64,000 nt of DNA, from positions 2,566 to 66,565 of the IMG/VR virus record IMGVR_UViG_3300021399_000014. The stretch is one strand, 5' to 3'. How positions within the stretch are numbered: position 1 is the first letter of the stretch; each line of letters opens with the position of its first letter. Source of the DNA: a virus. Its lineage: Duplodnaviria; Caudoviricetes. The notes under the pieces are model-generated. The model did not search any database. It was not told the origin of the DNA and saw only the letters and a list, made by a program, of their open reading frames with translations. This document shows, in pieces, positions 16,301-25,028 of the stretch. The translations under genes and the position numbers were made by a program.

Positions 16301-16431
16301 CGCAGGACTACATTAAAGGTGAACTCTGGTACCTGGTAGTAAACACTAAAACCGGTGAGCAGAGGGGTAAGTTCGACTGGCAGGCCAGAGCACAGGAATT
16401 TGCGGATGAGCTGAATAGGGAGGCGGACTAG
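16288..16431 (+). CDS. Hypothetical protein (not in ORF track)
   Basis: GAAAGGAG RBS; MWIVTQDYIKGELWYLVVNTKTGEQRGKFDWQARAQEFADELNREAD*. Confidence 0.55.
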   Translation: MWIVTQDYIKGELWYLVVNTKTGEQRGKFDWQARAQEFADELNREAD

Positions 16432-16701
16432 ATGAAGGCGTATAAGTGCGGTATATGCGGAAGATATTTTGAGGACGAGCTGTTGCCTGCCGAAGAACGT
16501 ATTACGGCAAAAGGACATTATAGCATATGTTTATATTTGGAGACCAATACAGAAGACTATACGGTCATACACGACGACATATGTCCAGAATGCGCCGGAT
16601 ATATTACCACTGGGCTGATCGAAAAAGGCTGCTCCAATGAAAACGTGAGATATATATCTGCTGAATACCTTGCCGATCTTCGTAGCAAGATGCAAAAGTG
16701 A
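16432..16701 (+). CDS. Small Zn-finger protein (CxxC...CxxC)
   Basis: MKAYKCGICG...DICPECA; same architecture as 9098..9370. Confidence 0.65.
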   Translation: MKAYKCGICGRYFEDELLPAEERITAKGHYSICLYLETNTEDYTVIHDDICPECAGYITTGLIEKGCSNENVRYISAEYLADLRSKMQK

Positions 16702-16708
16702 TTATATT

Positions 16709-16726
16709 TTACAGGCCCTATAATAG
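16709..16726 (+). promoter_or_regulatory. Phage early promoter motif copy
   Basis: TTACAGGCCCTATAATAG preceded by GATTATATT. Confidence 0.7.
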
Positions 16727-16768
16727 AGTAGAAATGGGTCTACTCGGTTTTATTATAGGAGGTGTAAA

Positions 16769-16909
16769 ATGAAGGAATTCGTAATGGGAGCAGTTAAGAA
16801 CGTGGCTATGGCTGCATTAGGAGGCTTTGTTGTAGCAACAGGAATCTTCAATGTAGTGTACGGAACCATGATCTGTGCTCAGCCGTTTATGAATAATTCG
16901 GAAGATTAA
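16769..16909 (+). CDS. 46-aa hydrophobic peptide (not in ORF track)
   Basis: MKEFVMGAVKNVAMAALGGFVVATGIFNVVYGTMICAQPFMNNSED*; TAGGAGGTG RBS. Confidence 0.55.
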   Translation: MKEFVMGAVKNVAMAALGGFVVATGIFNVVYGTMICAQPFMNNSED

Positions 16910-17019
16910 TCCGAAAAAAACCGAGTAAAAACTGAATACTGAACAAAAAAGAGCTTTGGCAGGACGCTGGGGCTCTTTTTTCTTTTTCCTATTTATATTA
17001 AGAAGAAAGGAGATTAATT

Positions 17020-17313
17020 ATGAGGGAAGAGAATATGAGTTACGAATTCAAGAACATGGACGAAGCTAAAGGATTTGCCCTGCGGAGTATGCACGATCGG
17101 CATGGCGATGAGTACAAGAAGTCAGAGAGAACCAGCTTCGTCCTGTCATTAGCGTTCGAGGTTCTTACGTGTCTCAGTCTGGCCGGCGCTATGATCTTCA
17201 GCAATAGAGAAGGCTACTGGAGAGGCGTGAATACTCTTACCGGTGACAAATGGGAAGACGCAGTTCGCAGCGACGTCAAGGAAATGGGCGATACGATCAA
17301 GTACGACGACTGA
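17020..17313 (+). CDS. Single-TM hypothetical protein
   Basis: GAAAGGAG RBS; central hydrophobic helix. Confidence 0.65.
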   Translation: MREENMSYEFKNMDEAKGFALRSMHDRHGDEYKKSERTSFVLSLAFEVLTCLSLAGAMIFSNREGYWRGVNTLTGDKWEDAVRSDVKEMGDTIKYDD

Positions 17314-17320
17314 TTATATT

Positions 17321-17338
17321 TTACAGTTGCTCTAGTAG
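17321..17338 (+). promoter_or_regulatory. Degenerate phage promoter motif copy
   Basis: TTACAGTTGCTCTAGTAG preceded by GATTATATT. Confidence 0.5.
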
Positions 17339-17354
17339 AAAGGAGGTACTCAAG

Positions 17355-17573
17355 ATGAAAAAGAGGTTAAGTCTGCCGAATATGGTCAGCAAGCTTAGAC
17401 TTTGGTACCACGGTACTATGATCGACCTTGTTAATTCAGGCAATCAGCTTGGACTTATCAAGGATGACGCGGCCGAGGAGCTGAACAAGAAGCACTGCAT
17501 GATTATATTCAATGACATTTTCCCTAGACTTCATCCCGGAGTAGACCTGAGTAAAGTCTTAGGAGACAAGTAA
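17355..17573 (+). CDS. Hypothetical protein
   Basis: AGGAGG RBS then ATG 17355; terminator follows. Confidence 0.65.
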   Translation: MKKRLSLPNMVSKLRLWYHGTMIDLVNSGNQLGLIKDDAAEELNKKHCMIIFNDIFPRLHPGVDLSKVLGDK

Positions 17574-17671
17574 TAAGCAGAAGGCTTGTATGATTCTAAC
17601 GAGTTGTACAGGCCTTCTTATTTTTCCACGTGCGCAAAAAAATATATTTATATAAGGAAAGGAGACCAAAA

Positions 17672-18601
17672 ATGGGTTTCAAAAGAGGACTTATCAAGTT
17701 CGGTATGACAATTAAGAAGTATTCTCCACAGATTCTGGCTGTAGTGGGTACGGTCAGCACGATCGGAGGCGTTCTGTGGGCCTGCAAGTCAAGTATGGAC
17801 AGCGCCGAAGACATTAAAAAAACTCACGACGAGATCGAAGAGGTCAAGGCCAGCATGGAAAGCGGTGCGATCGAGGCTAAAGACGGTAAGAAGGCCATCT
17901 TTAACGCCCGAGTAGAGTGCTTTAAGGCTGTTGGTCCCAGGTTTATCGGTCCGGTTACCATGATCGGAGGCGGATTATATTCTCTGCTTAAGTCTGGAAT
18001 GATCTACGCACAGTGGCTCACCGCAACATCAGCAGCGCTCAACTCCGAGCATAACAGGAGAGAAATGCTGGAGGAGAACATCCGTCGAGAATACGGCCAG
18101 GAAGTCCTTGAGAGGCTCAAATACGGCCTTTACGACGATACTGCGGAGATCCGTACCACCGATGAGAACGGCATCGAGACGGCCCATATAGAGGGTTTTA
18201 ACGAGGTTGTAGATACGAATAAGCTGGGCCGCTTCACTTATATTTTCGACAAGACGTCCAATCGTTACCAGTCCGACGCCACTCATTGTGATAATTTCTT
18301 CGTTAATGCCGAGAGAGTCTTCACCCAAAAATTGCGTTCGAACGGCGTTTTGTGGCTTTGGGAGGTGCTGAGAGACCTGGACATCAAACCAGTAAGCAAG
18401 GAAGCCGCAGATTTTGCCCGTAGAGTGTGCTGGACTTACGATCCGAGCGACAAAAACAAGGATTGCTACGTCAATTTGAGGGCAAAACGGGTTTACGACG
18501 GCAATTCTCGCAACTTTGCAAGCGGATTTGACCCGGTTTACGTCATCGATCCCAACTACGACACCGCAGAAGACGGAAAATGGTTCGATTTCATGAGATA
18601 A
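17672..18601 (+). CDS. DUF6353-like membrane-anchored protein, paralogue 3
   Basis: KKYSPQILAVVGTVSTIGGVLWACKSS N-terminal motif; GAAAGGAG RBS. Confidence 0.65.
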   Translation: MGFKRGLIKFGMTIKKYSPQILAVVGTVSTIGGVLWACKSSMDSAEDIKKTHDEIEEVKASMESGAIEAKDGKKAIFNARVECFKAVGPRFIGPVTMIGGGLYSLLKSGMIYAQWLTATSAALNSEHNRREMLEENIRREYGQEVLERLKYGLYDDTAEIRTTDENGIETAHIEGFNEVVDTNKLGRFTYIFDKTSNRYQSDATHCDNFFVNAERVFTQKLRSNGVLWLWEVLRDLDIKPVSKEAADFARRVCWTYDPSDKNKDCYVNLRAKRVYDGNSRNFASGFDPVYVIDPNYDTAEDGKWFDFMR

Positions 18602-18769
18602 TGAGGTAAAATATGCTCAAAAAGACAGAAATTTGGGGCGATTGTCCGTACAGAAGGCTGGGCTGGGTCCGGAACGGCGGCGGTTGGAGTTATATTTGTG
18701 GCAAAACAGACGAAGGATGCGCTCCAGATTACTGTCTCGGGCCCGATGAAGACGCGAAAGGAGACAAAA

Positions 18770-19528
18770 ATGAACAAAAATGTAGCTAAAGCGCTTATAT
18801 TTATGGCTGGATCGGCTGTAGGAGCGGTCATTTCAGCGTTTGCAACCAAGAAAGTAGTGGAAAAAGCCTACTGGGACGAATGCGATAAGGAGCTGAACGA
18901 GGCTGCTCTACGTCATAAGGAGGAAATTAAGGCCTATAAGGACGAAATTGAGGAGCTTAAGGGCACAATTTCGCAGCAGAATGTGGCGATTTCGGTCCTC
19001 AGTAAGAAGGTTTCGGACGAAAAACAGAGTGAAAACGAGGAAAATAGCTCTGATGACTCGGAGGATGACCCACCAGGACGACGAAAAAGCGCTGGAAGAG
19101 GCCAAAATGAGGGTGAAAACGAGGCTTATGAGCGGGAAAGAAGGCCATATTGGAGGGAAAGTGAGATCGCTGAAGACTATTTTGACGAGGACGAAGGCGA
19201 TGATTCCGAAGATATTGAAGAGAGAATAGAGAGTCAGGAACCCTATATTATAGATGAATTGCTATACGAAACTACCGGCTTTGACTACCGTAAAGAGGAC
19301 GCTAAATATTATATTTATGACGGTAAAGTGGTCGATGCAGACGGTGAGTGGATGGGTAATTATGCCGGAATTTTGGGCGAAAAATGGCTCGAAGGAGACC
19401 ATAAAAACGGCGATATTGCCTATGTCAGGAACGAATATTATCAGGTTGATTATATGATTGAGTTCGTTGCTGACTACGGTGAAAGGCATATGAATGTGGG
19501 TGTTTCCGACTCTGAATGGGAGGACTAA
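18770..19528 (+). CDS. N-anchored coiled-coil / acidic protein
   Basis: ALIFMAGSAVGAVISAFATKK anchor, heptads, D/E-rich linker, C-terminal domain. Confidence 0.7.
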   Translation: MNKNVAKALIFMAGSAVGAVISAFATKKVVEKAYWDECDKELNEAALRHKEEIKAYKDEIEELKGTISQQNVAISVLSKKVSDEKQSENEENSSDDSEDDPPGRRKSAGRGQNEGENEAYERERRPYWRESEIAEDYFDEDEGDDSEDIEERIESQEPYIIDELLYETTGFDYRKEDAKYYIYDGKVVDADGEWMGNYAGILGEKWLEGDHKNGDIAYVRNEYYQVDYMIEFVADYGERHMNVGVSDSEWED

Positions 19529-20079
19529 TGAATAAGAGCGGTATTCAGAGAAGGTATTTTGAATGGCTCTGTAAGGTGGTAAAAGCGTCAAAAGAGTACT
19601 CCATGTTGTGGGATAAATTGCGTAGAACTGACTTCGTTTGGATCGTTGGAATGGACGAAAACAGGGCCAATGACGGGGTAACTTTGAGGTATAATTTTGC
19701 TGTTGAGTCAGGTTTTTTGGACGTAGACAGTCAGAAATTAGTAGAGGAATATCTCAGCGGACCGTGCTCTTTATTGGAGATGATGGTCGCTTTATCGATC
19801 AGAATTGAACGGGATATTATGAGTGATGTTGACCATGAAGACCGTACCTCCTTCTGGTTTTACAACATGCTTGAGAACCTTGGAGTATATCCTTCGTACG
19901 ATAATAAGCACTATGATGAGAACCAAGTTGACGAAATTTTGAACCGATTTATGAGCCGAAAATACGAGCAAAATGGGGTTGGAAACCTGTTTTTGGGTGG
20001 GCCAAAAAGTGGGCCATTTTTTCTGGAAAAAGAGATTTGGGCTCAGGCGAACTCCTACTTGCTCGAATTTTTTATCTAA
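19528..20079 (+). CDS. Conserved hypothetical phage protein
   Basis: TAATG coupling; YFEWLC...DENRANDG..LR...CSLLEMMVALS pattern. Confidence 0.7.
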   Translation: MNKSGIQRRYFEWLCKVVKASKEYSMLWDKLRRTDFVWIVGMDENRANDGVTLRYNFAVESGFLDVDSQKLVEEYLSGPCSLLEMMVALSIRIERDIMSDVDHEDRTSFWFYNMLENLGVYPSYDNKHYDENQVDEILNRFMSRKYEQNGVGNLFLGGPKSGPFFLEKEIWAQANSYLLEFFI

Positions 20080-20350
20080 AATGCCCATTTTTGAGGGGGG
20101 TGGGCCACTTTTGGCCCACTTTTGGCCCACTTTTTTTTGAAAAAATGGCCCACCCTAAAGGGCAAAAAAGTGCCTTTTTGGAGCATTTTTGGGGTAAAAT
20201 TGGCCGTTTTTGGGGGTTTTTAGGGCAAAATTAGGTAAAAATTAGGGGGGTGGGCCAAAAACCCACTTTTTTTCTCTACCTTTATATAGAAAAATTATTA
20301 TTTATAAAAAGTTTTTGGAAATGGGTTTGGCCCGGGCCAATGGCCCACCC
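19995..20350. repeat. Iteron-like repeats and AT-rich element: putative replication origin
   Basis: Eight copies of GTGGGCCA/TGGCCCAC in both orientations, homopolymer runs, AT-rich tract 20281-20320, directly upstream of the helicase-primase-polymerase gene. Confidence 0.65.
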
Positions 20351-20383
20351 TCTCACAACTAGCTAGGAGGTACGAAATGAACG

Positions 20384-23300
20384 ATGCTTGACTTCATCGA
20401 TATTATCGTAAAATTCAATAAAGACGGTTCAATCGAAGTTAGTCCTGACTTTATTAGCGGCGACAGAGTTACCGATCTCTTAATACGAGGAGGTGCTTTT
20501 CAAGCTGTATGGGACGCTGATAAAAGTATGTGGTCTACTAATGGACATGACGTTACCCGACTTGTGGATAATGAACTATGGCGTAAGGTCGATGAGCTAA
20601 AACTTAAATATGGCAGTGACCGTAATTATATTGTCAAGACCATGGCTAAGTTTTCATCAGGTAAGCTCACGGAATGGAATAAGTTCTTAAAGCAGAGTCC
20701 AGACCTTGCGCATTCATTAGACGACTATGTTACATTCAGTGACCAGAAAGTAACAAAGGAAGATTATGTCAGTAAGAGGCTGCCTTATTCTTTATCCGAT
20801 GGTCCTACTCCGTCATATGACACATTGGTTGGAACGTTATATTCTGACGAGGAACGCGACAAGATCGAATGGGCAGTTGGAGCAATAATGTCCGGCGATG
20901 CAAAAAAGATACAAAAGTTCATCGCTTTATACGGAGAAGGCGGAACCGGCAAATCCACAATTCTTAATATCATAAAGGATCTGTTCTCCGGATACTGTGT
21001 AACATTTAATGCCAAGGCACTAACGTCTAGTGGAAACCAGTTCCCTTTATCAAAGTTCAGGACCAATCCGCTAGTTGCTATACAGTACGACGGTAACCTA
21101 AGCCGTATCGAAGATAACTCAATACTTAACAGTTTGGTCGCTCATGAACCGATGACCGTCAACGAAAAATATAAAGCCGAGTACGATGCCGCGTTCTCGA
21201 CTTTTTTGTTTTTGGGCACAAATAAACCGGTTGCGATAACTGATGCTAAGTCTGGAGTTATTCGAAGGCTCATCGATGTTATTCCGTCTGGTAAACTTCT
21301 GCCTTACGATGTTTACGAACGGTGCATGAACGGCATACAGTTTGAGCTCGGTGCGATTGCTAAGCACTGCATTGACAAGTATAAGAGCATGGGACTCAAC
21401 TATTATGACAAGTACAAGCCAAATGCAATGTTTAGTGCGACAAACGATATGTATAACTTCGTCTACGACAACTATGACGAGTTCTGCAGCGAACCTTATA
21501 TTACTCTGAAGCATGCCTGGATGCTGTATAAGGATTACATGGAAGAAGGGCAATTTCAGTATCCGATGAACCAAAGAGCGTTTAAGTCAGAACTGGCAAA
21601 TTACTTTGAGCACTTCGACGAACGAGTTAGAACCGGCAACGGAGAAAGGCTCAGAAGTGTCTATCGAGGTTTCAAGAAAGACAAGTTCACGATCAGAGAG
21701 CATATCGAAGAAGAATATATTCCTATCGATGAGCTTGATTCTAAGGAAACGGCGGTTGAGGATGTAAGTGATTGGCTCGACCTTTGTAAGACAGAGAGCA
21801 TACTTGATTATATTCTTAAAGACTGCCCTGCTCAGTATGCCAAGGAGGACGGAACTCCGGAGAAATCGTGGGACCGGGTTACTACAACACTGAAAGACCT
21901 GGATACATCCAAGCTCCATTATATTTTGTTACCAGAGGGTCACATCATAATTGACCTTGATCTTAAAGACGAGTTTGGTAATAAATCTATGGACCTCAAT
22001 CTGGAATACGCCAGGAAGTTTCCACCTACATATGCCGAATTCAGTAAGAGTGGAGGAGGCATTCATCTGCATTATATTTATGACGGAGACGCAAGCAAGC
22101 TCAGTCGCATTTATGATGACAATGTAGAAATAAAAGTCTATAGCGGAAAAGCATCGCTCAGAAGGAGGCTGAGTTACTGCAACGATTCACCTATAGCAAC
22201 TATCAGCAGCGGATTACCGTTGAAAGGAGACAAAACAACTATGCTTAACGTAGATAGCATTCGAAGCGAGGTGCAACTGCGTAAGCTGATTAAGAACTGT
22301 TTGGCAAAGAAACACCACGGTCATACGGCTCCTGAAATTAATTATATTTTCAGCGAGCTGGACAAGGCATATAAGAATGGCATCCAATATGACGTCAGCG
22401 ACTTGTACAGACCGATTAAGGCATTTGCCATAAACAGCAGCAATCAGCCAAAGCAGTGTATGCGGCTTGTCGGGAAGATGAAGTTTAAGTCAAAAGAGTT
22501 TGAAAAGAATTCCGAAGGGAATCCAGAGGAACGAAATCAGATTATATTTGATCGAAGCGATCAGCCAGACGCATATGAAGAGAAGAAAGAAGATTCAGAT
22601 AAACCTTTGATTATATTTGATATCGAGGTTTTTCCGAATCTTCTTTTAATTTGTTGGAAAGAGCTCGGAGACAATAAACCCGTTTACACGATGATTAATC
22701 CGTCTCCTCAGGAAGTTAGCGACTTTGTCGAGAATCATCGGCTTATTGGCTTCAACTGCAGAGGATACGACAATCATATTCTCTATGCCAGGATTCTGGG
22801 GAAGAACAATGCTGAGATTTATAAGGTTTCACAAGACATCATCGGGAACAAGTTCGCTGGTTATGGTCCCGCATACAAGATTTCTGAAGCCGATATCTAT
22901 GACATCTGCAAGAAGAAGCAGGGTCTTAAGAAGTGGGAGATTGAGCTTGCTGAGAAAGGTCTGCTTGTTCACCATCAGGAGCTTGGCCTCAGATGGGATA
23001 AACCTGTGCCTGAAGATCAGTGGCATCTCGTCGGAGAATACTGTGCTAACGACGTTATTGCGACAGAAGCTGTTTGGAATGCCAATCAGGAAGACGTTAA
23101 GGCTAGAAGAGCACTGGCAAAAATTAGCGGTCTGAGCATTAACGAGCGTAACAGAGCGCATGCTGCCCGGATTATATTTGGCAACGATAAGCATCCTAAA
23201 CTGATATATACGGATTTAGCCACAGGAAAACGTAGCGATGGAACAATGGACGTTGCAGCGTTCCCTGGATACAAGTACAGCAGAGAAGGTATCGACAAAG

Positions 23301-24463
23301 AATTATATTCTGGCAAGGTTGTAACCGGTAAGTCCATTTACAAAGGGCAGGATCCGGGAGAAGGCGGCAGAGTGTTTGCGAAACCGGGAATGCATTACAA
23401 CGTTGCGCTTCTCGATATCGCGTCTATGCATCCGTCAAGTATCATTGCTCTGAATCTGTTCGGCGAGTATACGAAGCGGTTCAAGGAAATCGTAGACGCA
23501 AGACTGGCTATCAAGCATCGCGATATAGAGAAGCTCAAGACTCTTCTTGGCGGAGCCCTTATGGATGCTATCGGAAGTGACGAAGACATGGACATTTTGT
23601 CTGACGCACTGAAGCTCGTAATCAACAGTGTTTATGGATTCACTACTGCCACCTTCGACAATCCGTTTAAGGATCCCAGGAACGATGACAACATCGTGGC
23701 TAAGCGCGGTGCTCTCTTCATGATAGATCTTCAGGAAGAAGTAGAGAAACGCGGATTTACTGTTGCTCATATTAAGACAGACTCAATTAAGATTCCGAAT
23801 GCTACTCCGGAGATCATCGACTTCGTTATGGAGTTCGGTAAGAAGTACGGGTACAACTTTGAGCACGAAGCAACTTATGAACGCATGTGCTTGATGAACG
23901 ACGCTGTTTATATTGCTAAGTATGACGACAAAGGACAGCGTAATAAAGGCGGAAAGCATGCCGGTCAGTGGACTGCAACAGGAAAGCAGTTCCAGGTTCC
24001 TTATGTGTTCAAGAGCCTGTTCAGCCACGAAGCTATCGAGTTCAAGGATCTTTGTGAGACCAGATCGGTTTCTACAGCAATGCATCTCGATATGAACGAA
24101 GGACTTCCCGAGAACGAGCACAATTATATTTTCGTCGGAAGAGTCGGACAGTTCTGCCCTATCAAAGCTGGATGCGGTGGAGGAGAGCTTCTTCGTGAAG
24201 GCAAAGAAGAAGGCACTTTCGGAGCCGTTAACGGTACCAAGGGATATCGCTGGCTTGAGTCCGAAGTAGTGAGAACTCTCGGTAAAGAAGACGACATCGA
24301 CAGAAGTTACTATAAGGAGCTTGCTGACAGAGCTGTCGAAGATATTTCTAAACTTGGCGATTTCGAATCATTCGTTGGCGAGAGCGCTGATGCGTACGTT
24401 AATGCTGTGCCGTTTATGAATCCGCCAGTAGAAGCGGTTGGTGATGCGGCACAATTCAACTAA
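20384..24463 (+). CDS. SF3 helicase - AEP-type primase - family B DNA polymerase fusion
   Basis: Walker A GEGGTGKST; primase-like IIDLDLKD...SKSGGGIHLHY; exonuclease FDIEVF / GFNCRGYD; Pol motifs DIASMHPS, KLVINSVYG, IKTDS. Confidence 0.85.
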   Translation: MLDFIDIIVKFNKDGSIEVSPDFISGDRVTDLLIRGGAFQAVWDADKSMWSTNGHDVTRLVDNELWRKVDELKLKYGSDRNYIVKTMAKFSSGKLTEWNKFLKQSPDLAHSLDDYVTFSDQKVTKEDYVSKRLPYSLSDGPTPSYDTLVGTLYSDEERDKIEWAVGAIMSGDAKKIQKFIALYGEGGTGKSTILNIIKDLFSGYCVTFNAKALTSSGNQFPLSKFRTNPLVAIQYDGNLSRIEDNSILNSLVAHEPMTVNEKYKAEYDAAFSTFLFLGTNKPVAITDAKSGVIRRLIDVIPSGKLLPYDVYERCMNGIQFELGAIAKHCIDKYKSMGLNYYDKYKPNAMFSATNDMYNFVYDNYDEFCSEPYITLKHAWMLYKDYMEEGQFQYPMNQRAFKSELANYFEHFDERVRTGNGERLRSVYRGFKKDKFTIREHIEEEYIPIDELDSKETAVEDVSDWLDLCKTESILDYILKDCPAQYAKEDGTPEKSWDRVTTTLKDLDTSKLHYILLPEGHIIIDLDLKDEFGNKSMDLNLEYARKFPPTYAEFSKSGGGIHLHYIYDGDASKLSRIYDDNVEIKVYSGKASLRRRLSYCNDSPIATISSGLPLKGDKTTMLNVDSIRSEVQLRKLIKNCLAKKHHGHTAPEINYIFSELDKAYKNGIQYDVSDLYRPIKAFAINSSNQPKQCMRLVGKMKFKSKEFEKNSEGNPEERNQIIFDRSDQPDAYEEKKEDSDKPLIIFDIEVFPNLLLICWKELGDNKPVYTMINPSPQEVSDFVENHRLIGFNCRGYDNHILYARILGKNNAEIYKVSQDIIGNKFAGYGPAYKISEADIYDICKKKQGLKKWEIELAEKGLLVHHQELGLRWDKPVPEDQWHLVGEYCANDVIATEAVWNANQEDVKARRALAKISGLSINERNRAHAARIIFGNDKHPKLIYTDLATGKRSDGTMDVAAFPGYKYSREGIDKELYSGKVVTGKSIYKGQDPGEGGRVFAKPGMHYNVALLDIASMHPSSIIALNLFGEYTKRFKEIVDARLAIKHRDIEKLKTLLGGALMDAIGSDEDMDILSDALKLVINSVYGFTTATFDNPFKDPRNDDNIVAKRGALFMIDLQEEVEKRGFTVAHIKTDSIKIPNATPEIIDFVMEFGKKYGYNFEHEATYERMCLMNDAVYIAKYDDKGQRNKGGKHAGQWTATGKQFQVPYVFKSLFSHEAIEFKDLCETRSVSTAMHLDMNEGLPENEHNYIFVGRVGQFCPIKAGCGGGELLREGKEEGTFGAVNGTKGYRWLESEVVRTLGKEDDIDRSYYKELADRAVEDISKLGDFESFVGESADAYVNAVPFMNPPVEAVGDAAQFN

Positions 24464-24480
24464 GAAAGGAGATTATATTT

Positions 24481-25017
24481 ATGGCAACTAAGACTAATAT
24501 GACAATCAACAGAGAAGACGAGACTGTAGCATTCAACAACGCACAGATCCCTTATGGTGCGTGGAGAAACTTTGCAGGAGGGCCGACTCGTTTCGACCCC
24601 AAGAACACAAAGCGGTTCTTCGAGGTATTCTTGACTGAAGAAGAGGCTCAGCGTCTCTCCGATAAGGGATGGAACGTCAAGTGGCTCGAGCCTCGTAATC
24701 CCTCTGAGCCCAGACAGGCTCATATTAAGGTGTTCGTTAACTACGATGTGCCCAGAAGGTTCCAGCCTCGTATTTGGATGACCAGAAAGAAAGGTGATCC
24801 TATTCTGCTGGATGTCGAAGACCTTGCGCAGCTTGACGGCGATGATATCACGAGAGCTAAGCTCCAGATTCGTCCGTATGACTGGGAACTTCCTACAGGA
24901 GCTTGTGGCCGTAAGGCTATGCTGAAACAGATGTTCGTTACTATTGAGGAAGACGACTTCGGAGCTGAGTTCTTCGGTAATGATGAGGACGACGAAGATC
25001 TTCCGTTTGAGGAATGA
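24481..25017 (+). CDS. Single-stranded DNA-binding protein
   Basis: Position after the polymerase; OB-like core; acidic tail DEDDEDLPFEE. Confidence 0.7.
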   Translation: MATKTNMTINREDETVAFNNAQIPYGAWRNFAGGPTRFDPKNTKRFFEVFLTEEEAQRLSDKGWNVKWLEPRNPSEPRQAHIKVFVNYDVPRRFQPRIWMTRKKGDPILLDVEDLAQLDGDDITRAKLQIRPYDWELPTGACGRKAMLKQMFVTIEEDDFGAEFFGNDEDDEDLPFEE

Positions 25018-25028
25018 TTATATTTTAA

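Noticed and set aside
987-17338. Repeated 18-bp motif as a CRISPR array
   Set aside because: The copies are separated by whole genes of variable length, are degenerate, and sit where promoters are expected; there is no regular repeat-spacer period.
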